DNA of 64,000 nucleotides. Source: the human T2T-CHM13v2.0 reference genome, Homo sapiens. The position numbers and the translations under genes are program-made. This document shows positions 52,669 to 64,000 of the stretch, piece after piece. Under the pieces are notes generated by a model. It was given only the letters and a program-made list of their open reading frames with translations, was not told the DNA's origin and did no database searches. Every line of letters begins with the position of its first letter. Within the stretch, counting starts at the first letter, position 1. The stretch lies in NCBI RefSeq assembly GCF_009914755.1, contig NC_060935.1. One strand, given 5' to 3'.

Positions 52669-55600
52669 CTCAGAAACTGCTTTGTGATGTTTGTGTTCCA
52701 CTTCAGGAATTGAACTTTCCTCTTGACAGAGCAGCTCTGAAACCCTCTTTTTCTAGAATCTGCAAGTGGACATTTGGAGGGCTTTGAGGCCTGTGGTGGA
52801 AAAGGAAAATCTTCACATAAAAACTAGATGGAAGCATTCTCAGAAACTACTTTGTGATGATTGCATTCGACTCACAGAGTTGAACATTCCTATAGATAGA
52901 GCAGGTTGTAAACAATCTTTTTGTAGAATCTGCGATTGGAGATTTGGACTGCTTTGAGGCCTACTGTAGTAAAGGAAATAACTTCATCTAAAAACCAAAC
53001 GGAAGCATTCACAGACAATTCTTAGTGATCATTGGATTGAACTAACAGAGCTGAACATTCCTTTAGATGGCGCAGATTCCAAACACACTTTCTGTAGAAT
53101 CTGCAAGTGGATATTTGGACCTCTCTGAGGATTTCGTTGGAAACGGGATAAACTTCCCAGAACTACACGGAAGCATTGTGAGAAACTTCTTTGTGATGTT
53201 TGCATTCAACTCACAGACTTGAACCTTGCTTTCATATTTCAGCTTTCAAATACTCTTTTTGTAGAATCTGCAAGTGGATATTTGGACCACTTTGTGGCCT
53301 TCCTTCCAAACGGGTATATCTTCACATCAAACCTAGACAGAAGCATTCTCAGAATGTTTCCTGTGATGACTGCATTCAACTCACAGAGGTGAACCATCCT
53401 GTTGATGGAGCAGTTTTGAAACTTCCTTTCTTTGGATTCTACATGTGGATATGTGGACCTCTGTGAAGATTTCGTTGGAAACGGGTTCATCTTCACAGAA
53501 AAACTAAACAGAAGCATTCTCAGAAACTGCTTTGTGATGTTTGTGTTCCACTTCAGGAATTGAACTTTCCTCTTGACAGAGCAGCTCTGAAACCCTCTTA
53601 TTCTAGAATCTGCAAGTGGACATTTGGAGGGCTTTGAGGCCTGTGGTGGAAAAGGAAAATCTTCACATAAAAACTAGATGGAAGCATTCTCAGAAACTAC
53701 TTTGTGATGATGGCTTTCGACTCACAGAGTTGAACATTCCTATAGATAGAGCAGGTTGTAAACAATCTTTTTGTAGAATCTGCGATTGGAGATTTGGACT
53801 GCTTTGAGGCCTACTGTAGTAAAGGAAATAACTTCATCTAAAAACCAAACGGAAGCATTCACAGACAATACTTAGTGATCATTGGATTGAACTAACAGAG
53901 CTGAACATTCCTTTAGATGGAGCAGTTTCCAAACACACTTTCTGTAGAATCTGCAAGTGGATATTTGGACTTCTCTGAGGATTTCGTTGGAAACGGGATA
54001 AAATTCCCAGAACTACACGGAAGCATTCTGAGAAACTTCTTTGTAATGTTTGCATTCAACTCACAGAGTTGAACCTTGCTTTCATAGTTCAGCTTTCAAA
54101 CACTCTTTTTGTACAATCTGCAAGTGGATATTTGGACCACTTTGTGGCCTTCCTTCGAAACGGGTATATCTTCATATCAAACCTAGACAGAAGCATTCTC
54201 AGAATGTTTCCTGTGATGACTGCATTCAATTCACAGAGGTGAACAATCCTGCTGATGGAGCAGTTTTGAAACTCTCTTTCTTTGGATTCTGCAAGTGGAT
54301 ATGTGGACCACTGTGAAGATTTCGTTGGAAACGGGTTCATCTTCACAGAAAAACTAAACAGGAGCATTCTCAGAAAGTGCTTTGTGATGTTTGTGTTCCA
54401 CTTCAGGAATTGAACTTTCCTCTTGACAGAGCAGCTCTGAAACCCTCTTTTTCTAGAATCTGCAAGTGGACATTTGGAGGGCTTTGAGGCCTGTGGTGGA
54501 AAAGGAAAATCTTCACATAAAAACTAGATGGAAGCATTCTCAGAAACTACTTTGTGATGATTGCATTGGACTCACAGAGTTGAACATTCCTATAGATAGA
54601 GCAGGTTGTAAACAATCTTTTTGTAGAATCTGCGATTGGAGATTTGGACTGCTTTGAGGCCTACTGTAGTAAAGGAAATAACTTCATCTAAAAACCAAAC
54701 GGAAGCATTCACAGACAATTCTTAGTGATCATTGGATTGAACTAACAGAGCTGAACATTCCTTTAGATGGCGCAGTTTCCAAACACACTTTCTGTAGAAT
54801 CTGCAAGTGGATATTTGGACTTCTCTGAGGATTTCGTTGGAAACGGGATAAACTTCCCAGAACTACACGGAAGCATTGTGAGAAACTTCTTTGTGATGTT
54901 TGCATTCAACTCACAGAGTTGAACCTTGCTTTCATAGTTCAGCTTTCAAACCCTCTTTTTGTAGAATCTGCAAGTGGATATTTGGGCCACTTTGTGGCCT
55001 TCCTTCGAAACGGGTATATCTTCACATCAAACCTAGACAGAAGCATTCTCAGAATGTTTCCTGTGATGACTGCATTCAACTCACAGAGGTGAACAATCCT
55101 GCTGATGGAGCAGTTTTGAAACTCTCTTTCTTTGGATTCTGCAAGTGGATATGTGGACCTCTGTGAAGATTTCGTTGGAAACGGGTTCATCTTCACAGAA
55201 AAACTAAACAGGAGCATTCTCAGAAACTGCTTTGTGATGTTTGTGTTCCACTTCAAGAATTGAACTTTCCTCTTGACAGAGCAGCTCTGAAACCCTATTT
55301 TTCTAGAATCTGCAAGTGGACATTTGGAGGGCTTTGAGGCCTGTGGTGGAAAAGGAAAATCTTCACATAAAAACTAGATGGAAGCATTCTCAGAAACTAC
55401 TTTGTGATGATTGCATTCGACTCACAGAGTTGAACATTCCTATAGATAGAGCAGGTTGTAAACAATCTTTTTCTAGAATCTGCGATTGGAGATTTGGACA
55501 GCTTTGAGGCCTACTGTAGTAAAGGAAATAACTTCATCTAAAAACCAAACGGAAGCATTCACAGACAATTCTTAGTGATCATTGGATTGAACTAACACAG

Positions 55601-58600
55601 CTGAACATTCCTTTAGATGGAGCAGTTTCCAAACACACTTTCTGTAGAATCTGCAAGTGGATATTTGGACCACTCTGAGGATTTCGTTGGAAACGGGATA
55701 AACTTCCCAGAACTACAGGGATGCATTGTGAGAAACTTCTTTGTGATGTTTGCATTCAACTCACAGAGTTGAACCTTGCTTTCATAGTTCAGCTTTCAAA
55801 CACTCTTTTTGTAGAATCTGCAAGTGGATATTTGGACCACTTTGTGGCCTTCCTTCGAAACGGGTATATCTTCACATCAAACCTAGACAGAAGCATTCTC
55901 AGAATGTTTCCTGTGATGACTGCATTCAACTCACAGAGGTGAACAATCCTGCTGATGGAGCAGTTTTGAAACTCTCTTTCTTTGGATTCTGCAAGTGGAT
56001 ATGTGGACCTCTGTGAAGATTTCGTTGGAAACGGGTTCATCTTCACAGAAAAACTAAACAGAAGCATTCTCAGAAACTGCTTTGTGATGTTTGTGTTCCA
56101 CTTCAGGAATTGAACTTTCCTCTTGACAGAGCAGCTCTGAAACCCTCTTATTCTATAATCTGCAAGTGGACATTTGGAGTGCTTTGAGGCCTGTGGTGGA
56201 AAAGGAAAATCTTCACATAAAAACTAGATGGAAGCATTCTCAGAAACTACTTTGTGATGATTGCATTCGACTCACAGAGTTGAACATTCCTATAGATAGA
56301 GCAGGTTGTAAACAATCTTTTTGTAGAAAATGCGATTGGAGATTTGGACTGCTTTGAGGCCTACTGTAGTAAAGGAAATAACTTCATCTAAAAACCAAAC
56401 GGAAGCATTCACAGACAATTCTTAGTGATCATTGGATTGAACTAACAGAGCTGAACATTCCTTTAGATGGAGCAGTTTCCAAACCCACTTTCTGTAGAAT
56501 CTGCAAGTGGATATTTGGACTTCTCTGAGGATTTCGTTGGAAACGGGATAAACTTCCCAGAACTACACGGAAGCATTGTGAGAAACTTCTTTGTGATGTT
56601 TGCATTCAACTCACAGAGTTGAACCTTGCTTTCATAGTTCAGCTTTCAAACACTCTTTTTGTAGAATCTGCAAGTGGATATTTGGACCACTTTGTGGCCT
56701 TCCTTCGAAACGGGTATATCTTCACATCAAACCTAGACAGAAGCATTCTCAGAATGTTTCCTGTGATGACTGCATTCAACTCACAGAGGTGAACAATCCT
56801 GCTGATGGAGCAGTTTTGAAACTCTCTTTCTTTGGATTCTACAAGTGGATATGTGGACCTCTGTGAAGATTTCGTTGGAAACGGGTTCATCTTCACAGAA
56901 AAACTAAACAGAAGCATTCTCAGAAACTGCTTTGTGATGTTTGTGTTCCACTTCAGGAATTGAACTTTCCTCTTGACAGAGCAGCTCTGAAACCCTCTTA
57001 TTCTAGAATCTGCAAGTGGACATTTGGAGGGCTTTGAGGCCTGTGGTGGAAAAGGAAAATCTTCACATAAAAACTAGATGGAAGCATTCTCAGAAACTAC
57101 TTTGTGATGATGGCTTTCGACTCACAGAGTTGAACATTCCTATAGATAGAGCAGGTTGTAAACAATCTTTTTGTAGAATCTGCGATTGGAGATTTGGACT
57201 GCTTTGAGGCCTACTGTAGTAAAGGAAATAACTTCATCTAAAAACCAAACGGAAGCATTCACAGACAATACTTAGTGATCATTGGATTGAACTAACAGAG
57301 CTGAACATTCCTTTAGATGGAGCAGTTTCCAAACACACTTTCTGTAGAATCTGCAAGTGGATATTTGGACTTCTCTGAGGATTTCGTTGGAAACGGGATA
57401 AAATTCCCAGAACTACACGGAAGCATTCTGAGAAACTTCTTTGTAATGTTTGCATTCAACTCACAGAGTTGAACCTTGCTTTCATAGTTCAGCTTTCAAA
57501 CACTCTTTTTGTACAATCTGCAAGTGGATATTTGGACCACTTTGTGGCCTTCCTTCGAAACGGGTATATCTTCATATCAAACCTAGACAGAAGCATTCTC
57601 AGAATGTTTCCTGTGATGACTGCATTCAATTCACAGAGGTGAACAATCCTGCTGATGGAGCAGTTTTGAAACTCTCTTTCTTTGGATTCTGCAAGTGGAT
57701 ATGTGGACCACTGTGAAGATTTCGTTGGAAACGGGTTCATCTTCACAGAAAAACTAAACAGGAGCATTCTCAGAAAGTGCTTTGTGATGTTTGTGTTCCA
57801 CTTCAGGAATTGAACTTTCCTCTTGACAGAGCAGCTCTGAAACCCTCTTTTTCTAGAATCTGCAAGTGGACATTTGGAGGGCTTTGAGGCCTGTGGTGGA
57901 AAAGGAAAATCTTCACATAAAAACTAGATGGAAGCATTCTCAGAAACTACTTTGTGATGATTGCATTCGACTCACAGAGTTGAACATTCCTATAGATAGA
58001 GCAGGTTGTAAACAATCTTTTTGTAGAATCTGCGATTGGAGATTTGGACTGCTTTGAGGCCTACTGTAGTAAAGGAAATAACTTCATCTAAAAACCAAAC
58101 GGAAGCATTCACAGACAATTCTTAGTGATCATTGGATTGAACTAACAGAGCTGAACATTCCTTTAGATGGCGCAGTTTCCAAACACACTTTCTGTAGAAT
58201 CTGCAAGTGGATATTTGGACTTCTCTGAGGATTTCGTTGGAAACGGGATAAACTTCCCAGAACTACACGGAAGCATTGTGAGAAACTTCTTTGTGATGTT
58301 TGCATTCAACTCACAGAGTTGAACCTTGCTTTCATAGTTCAGCTTTCAAACACTCTTTTTGTAGAATCTGCAAGTGGATATTTGGGCCACTTTGTGGCCT
58401 TCCTTCGAAACGGGTATATCTTCACATCAAACCTAGACAGAAGCATTCTCAGAATGTTTCCTGTGATGACTGCATTCAACTCACAGAGGTGAACAATCCT
58501 GCTGATGGAGCAGTTTTGAAACTCTCTTTCTTTGGATTCTGCAAGTGGATATGTGGACCTCTGTGAAGATTTCGTTGGAAACGGGTTCATCTTCACAGAA

Positions 58601-61600
58601 AAACTAAACAGGAGCATTCTCAGAAACTGCTTTGTGATGTTTGTGTTCCACTTCAAGAATTGAACTTTCCTCTTGACAGAGCAGCTCTGAAACCCTATTT
58701 TTCTAGAATCTGCAAGTGGACATTTGGAGGGCTTTGAGGCCTGTGGTGGAAAAGGAAAATCTTCACATAAAAACTAGATGGAAGCATTCTCAGAAACTAC
58801 TTTGTGATGATTGCATTCGACTCACAGAGTTGAACATTCCTATAGATAGAGCAGGTTGTAAACAATCTTTTTCTAGAATCTGCGATTGGAGATTTGGACA
58901 GCTTTGAGGCCTACTGTAGTAAAGGAAATAACTTCATCTAAAAACCAAACGGAAGCATTCACAGACAATTCTTAGTGATCATTGGATTGAACTAACAGAG
59001 CTGAACATTCCTTTAGATGGAGCAGTTTCCAAACACACTTTCTGTAGAATCTGCAAGTGGATATTTGGACTTCTCTGAGGATTTCGTTGGAAACGGGATA
59101 AACTTCCCAGAACTACACGGAAGCATTGTGAGAAACTTCTTTGTGATGTTTGCATTCAACTCACAGAGTTGAACCTTGCTTTCATAGTTCAGCTTTCAAA
59201 CACTCTTTTTGTAGAATCTGCAAGTGGATATTTGGACCACTTTGTGGCCTTCCTTCGAAACGGGTATATCTTCACATCAAACCTAGACAGAAGCATTCTC
59301 AGAATGTTTCCTGTGAAGACTGCATTCAACTCACAGAGATGAACAATCCTGTTGATGGAGCACTTTGGAAACTCTCTTTCTTGGGATTCTGCAAGTTGAT
59401 ATGTGGACCTCTGTGAAGATTTCGTTGGAAACGGGTTCATCTTCACAGAAAAACTAAACAGAAGCATTCTCAGAAACTACTTTGTGATGTTTGTGTTCCA
59501 CTTCAAGAATTGAACTTTCCTCTTGACAGAGCAGCTCTGAAAACCTCTTTTTCTAGAATCTGCAAGTGGACATTTGGAGGGCTTTGAGGCCTGTGGTGGA
59601 AAAGGAAAATCTTCACATAAAAACTAGATGGAAGCATTCTCAGAAACTACTTTGTGATGATTGCATTCGACTCACAGAGTTGAACATTCCTATAGATAGA
59701 GCAGGTTGTAAACAATCTTTTTGTAGAAAATGCGATTGGAGATTTGGACTGCTTTGAGGCCTACTGTAGTAAAGGAAATAACTTCATCTAAAAACCAAAC
59801 GGAAGCATTCACACACAATTCTTAGTGATCATTGGATTGAACTAACAGAGCTGAACATTCCTTTAGATGGAGCAGTTTCCAAACCCACTTTCTGTAGAAT
59901 CTGCAAGTGGATATTTGGACTTCTCTGAGGATTTCGTTGGAAACGGGATAAACTTCCCAGAACTACACGGAAGCATTGTGAGAAACTTCTTTGTGATGTT
60001 TGCATTCAACTCACAGAGTTGAACCTTGCTTTCATAGTTCAGCTTTCAAACACTCTTTTTGTAGAATCTGCAAGTGGATATTTGGACCACTTTGTGGCCT
60101 TCCTTCGAAACGGGTATATCTTCACATCAAACCTAGACAGAAGCATTCTCAGAATGTTTCCTGTGATGACTGCATTCAACTCACAGAGGTGAACAATCCT
60201 GCTGATGGAGCAGTTTTGAAACTCTCTTTCTTTGGATTCTACAAGTGGATATGTGGACCTCTGTGAAGATTTCGTTGGAAACGGGTTCATCTTCACAGAA
60301 AAACTAAACAGAAGCATTCTCAGAAACTGCTTTGTGATGTTTGTGTTCCACTTCAGGAATTGAACTTTCCTCTTGACAGAGCAGCTCTGAAACCCTCTTA
60401 TTCTAGAATCTGCAAGTGGACATTTGGAGGGCTTTGAGGCCTGTGGTGGAAAAGGAAAATCTTCACATAAAAACTAGATGGAAGCATTCTCAGAAACTAT
60501 TTTGTGATGATGGCTTTCGACTCACAGAGGTGAACATTCCTATAGATAGAGCAGGTTGTAAACAATCTTTTTGTAGAATCTGCGATTGGAGATTTGGACT
60601 GCTTTGAGGCCTACTGTAGTAAAGGAAATAACTTCATCTAAAAACCAAACGGAAGCATTCACAGACAATACTTAGTGATCATTGGATTGAACTAACAGAG
60701 CTGAACATTCCTTTAGATGGAGCAGTTTCCAAACACACTTTCTGTAGAATCTGCAAGTGGATATTTGGACTTCTCTGAGGATTTCGTTGGAAACGGGATA
60801 AAATTCCCAGAACTACACGGAAGCATTCTGAGAAACTTCTTTGTAATGTTTGCATTCAACTCACAGAGTTGAACCTTGCTTTCATAGTTCAGCTTTCAAA
60901 CACTCTTTTTGTACAATCTGCAAGTGGATATTTGGACCACTTTGTGGCCTTCCTTCGAAACGGGTATATCTTCATATCAAACCTAGACAGAAGCATTCTC
61001 AGAATGTTTCCTGTGATGACTGCATTCAACTCACAGAGGTGAACAATCCTGCTGATGGAGCAGTTTTGAAACTCTCTTTCTTTGGATTCTGCAAGTGGAT
61101 ATGTGGACGTCTGTGAAGATTTCGTTGGAAACGGGTTCATCTTCACAGAAAAACTAAACAGGAGCATTCTCAGAAAGTGCTTTGTGATGTTTGTGTTCCA
61201 CTTCAGGAATTGAACTTTCCTCTTGACAGAGCAGCTCTGAAACCCTCTTTTTCTAGAATCTGCAAGTGGACATTTGGAGGGCTTTGAGGCCTGTGGTGGA
61301 AAAGGAAAATCTTCACATAAAAACTAGATGGAAGCATTCTCAGAAACTACTTTGTGATGATTGCATTCGACTCACAGAGTTGAACATTCCTATAGATAGA
61401 GCAGGTTGTAAACAATCTTTTTGTAGAATCTGCGATTGGAGATTTGGACTGCTTTGAGGCCTACTGTAGTAAAGGAAATAACTTCATCTAAAAACCAAAC
61501 GGAAGCATTCACAGACAATTCTTAGTGATCATTGGATTGAACTAACAGAGCTGAACATTCCTTTAGATGGCGCAGTTTCCAAACACACTTTCTGTAGAAT

Positions 61601-64000
61601 CTGCAAGTGGATATTTGGACTTCTCTGAGGATTTCGTTGGAAACGGGATAAACTTCCCAGAACTACACGGAAGCATTGTGAGAAACTTCTTTGTGATGTT
61701 TGCATTCAACTCACAGAGTTGAACCTTGCTTTCATAGTTCAGCTTTCAAACCCTCTTTTTGTAGAATCTGCAAGTGGATATTTGGGCCACTTTGTGGCCT
61801 TCCTTCGAAACGGGTATATCTTCACATCAAACCTAGACAGAAGCATTCTCAGAATGTTTCCTGTGATGACTGCATTCAACTCACAGAGGTGAACAATCCT
61901 GCTGATGGAGCAGTTTTGAAACTCTCTTTCTTTGGATTCTGCAAGTGGATATGTGGACCTCTGTGAAGATTTCGTTGGAAACGGGTTCATCTTCACAGAA
62001 AAACTAAACAGGAGCATTCTCAGAAACTGCTTTGTGATGTTTGTGTTCCACTTCAAGAATTGAACTTTCCTCTTGACAGAGCAGCTCTGAAACCCTATTT
62101 TTCTAGAATCTGCAAGTGGACATTTGGAGGGCTTTGGGGCCTGTGGTGGAAAAGGAAAATCTTCACATAAAAACTAGATGGAAGCATTCTCAGAAACTAC
62201 TTTGTGATGATTGCATTCGACTCACAGAGTTGAACATTCCTATAGATAGAGCAGGTTGTAAACAATCTTTTTCTAGAATCTGCGATTGGAGATTTGGACA
62301 GCTTTGAGGCCTACTGTAGTAAAGGAAATAACTTCATCTAAAAACCAAACGGAAGCATTCACAGACAATTCTTAGTGATCATTGGATTGAACTAACAGAG
62401 CTGAACATTCCTTTAGATGGAGCAGTTTCCAAACCCACTTTCTGTAGAATCTGCAAGTGGATATTTGGACTTCTCTGAGGATTTCGTTGGAAACGGGATA
62501 AACTTCCCAGAACTACAGGGAAGCATTGTGAGAAACTTCTTTGTGATGTTTGCATTCAACTCACAGAGTTGAACCTTGCTTTCATAGTTCAGCTTTCAAA
62601 CACTCTTTTTGTAGAATCTGCAAGTGGATATTTGGACCACTTTGTGGCCTTCCTTCGAAACGGGTATATCTTCACATCAAACCTAGACAGAAGCATTCTC
62701 AGAATGTTTCCTGTGAAGACTGCATTCAACTCACAGAGATGAACAATCCTGTTGATGGAGCACTTTGGAAACTCTCTTTCTTGGGATTCTGCAAGTTGAT
62801 ATGTGGACCTCTGTGAAGATTTCGTTGGAAACGGGTTCATCTTCACAGAAAAACTAAACAGAAGCATTCTCAAAAACTACTTTGTGATGTTTGTGTTCCA
62901 CTTCAAGAATTGAACTTTCCTCTTGACAGAGCAGCTCTGAAAACCTCTTTTTCTAGAATCTGCAAGTGGACATTTGGAGGGCTTTGAGGCCTGTGGTGGA
63001 AAAGGAAAATCTTCACATAAAAACTAGATGGAAGCATTCTCAGAAACTACTTTGTGATGATTGCATTCGACTCACAGAGTTGAACATTCCTATAGATAGA
63101 GCAGGTTGTAAACAATCTTTTTCTAGAATCTGCGATTGGAGATTTGGACTGCTTTGAGGCCTACTGTAGTAAAGGAAATAACTTCATCTAAAAACCAAAC
63201 GGAAGCATTCACAGACAATTCTTAGTGATCATTGGATTGAACTAACAGAGCTGAACATTCCTTTAGATGGAGCAGTTTCCAAACACACTTTCTGTAGAAT
63301 CTGCAAGTGGATATTTGGACCACTCTGAGGATTTCGTTGGAAACGGGATAAACTTCCCAGAACTACACGGAAGCATTCTGAGAAACTTCTTTGTGATGTT
63401 TGCATTCAACTCACAGAGTTGAACCTTGCTTTCATAGTTCAGCTTTCAAACACTCTTTTTGTAGAATCTGCAAGTGGATATTTGGACCACTTTGTGGCCT
63501 TCCTTCGAAACGGGTATATCTTCACATCAAACCTAGACAGAAGCATTCTCAGAATGTTTCCTGTGATGACTGCATTCAACTCACAGACGTGAACAATCCT
63601 GCTGATGGAGCAGTTTTGAAACTCTCTTTCTTTGGATTCTGCAAGTGGATATGTGGACCTCTGTGAAGATTTCGTTGGAAACGGGTTCATCTTCACAGAA
63701 AAACTAAACAGAAGCATTCTCAGAAACTGCTTTGTGATGTTTGTGTTCCACTTCAGGAATTGAACTTTCCTCTTGACAGAGCAGCTCTGAAACCCTCTTA
63801 TTCTATAATCTGCAAGTGGACATTTGGAGTGCTTTGAGGCCTGTGGTGGAAAAGGAAAATCTTCACATAAAAACTAGATGGAAGCATTCTCAGAAACTAC
63901 TTTGTGATGATTGCATTCGACTCACAGAGTTGAACATTCCTATAGATAGAGCAGGTTGTAAACAATCTTTTTGTAGAAAATGCGATTGGAGATTTGGACT
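52669..64000 (+). repeat. Right HOR-haplotype domain: exact 850-bp units with a 4-HOR (3400-bp) super-period
   Basis: ORF starts step by exactly 850 from 52766 to 62966. The markers tggctttcga, gtacaatctg, ttcatatcaa and cagaaagtgc recur at 3400-bp spacing. Confidence 0.88.

Larger units (their letters stand above)
1..64000 (+). repeat. D11Z1: Centromeric alpha-satellite array, ~75.3 head-to-tail copies of an ~850-bp 5-monomer HOR (D11Z1-like, suprachromosomal family 3)
   Basis: Alphoid monomer motifs (cattctcagaaact, ctttgtgatg, tagaatctgcaagtgg, CENP-B box) recur every ~170 bp. Near-identical sequence recurs every 847-851 bp (ORF starts 98, 948, 1799 ... 62966). An 850-bp XbaI pentamer is the known D11Z1 unit. 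Satellite class is certain; the chromosome assignment is from recall. Confidence 0.93.

Noticed and set aside
98-63717. Over 200 short ORFs (60-107 aa) with Cys-rich CxxC-like motifs such as CRICKW and CDDCI
   Set aside because: They are translations of satellite monomers repeating every 850 bp. Most use GTG/TTG starts, they overlap on both strands, and they gain stops and frameshifts freely. Nothing supports a coding role.
1-64000. CRISPR-like repeat/spacer array
   Set aside because: There are no unique spacers, the entire unit is repeated, and there are no cas genes.
1-64000. Embedded L1, Alu or other foreign insertion, or an inversion
   Set aside because: The 850-bp register is continuous from start to end, with no poly-A tails, target-site duplications or reverse-strand monomers seen.

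Overview
The whole 64 kb window is one uninterrupted, single-orientation primate centromeric alpha-satellite array. It holds about 75.3 copies of an ~850-bp higher-order repeat (HOR), each made of five 168-171-bp monomers, with one XbaI site and normally two intact CENP-B boxes per HOR. This matches the SF3 pentameric array of human chromosome 11 (D11Z1 / S3C11H1L-like); that assignment is from recall, not a database search. There are no genes, RNA genes, transposons, inversions or CRISPR, and every ORF in the track is a satellite artefact repeating every 850 bp. I found no new protein-coding system. The real information is in the HOR variants, which split the window into three domains. Left (1-~23 kb): a ~6.7-kb block is duplicated 19 HORs downstream with one HOR lost, plus 1-, 3- and 5-HOR duplications. 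Middle (~23-52.7 kb): rich in 1-bp deletions, with a ~2.55-kb (3-HOR, 15-mer) super-period and about one third of CENP-B boxes mutated. Right (52.7-64 kb): indel-free, with a 3.4-kb (4-HOR, 20-mer) super-period and intact boxes. Variant counts and breakpoints were read by eye and need alignment to confirm.
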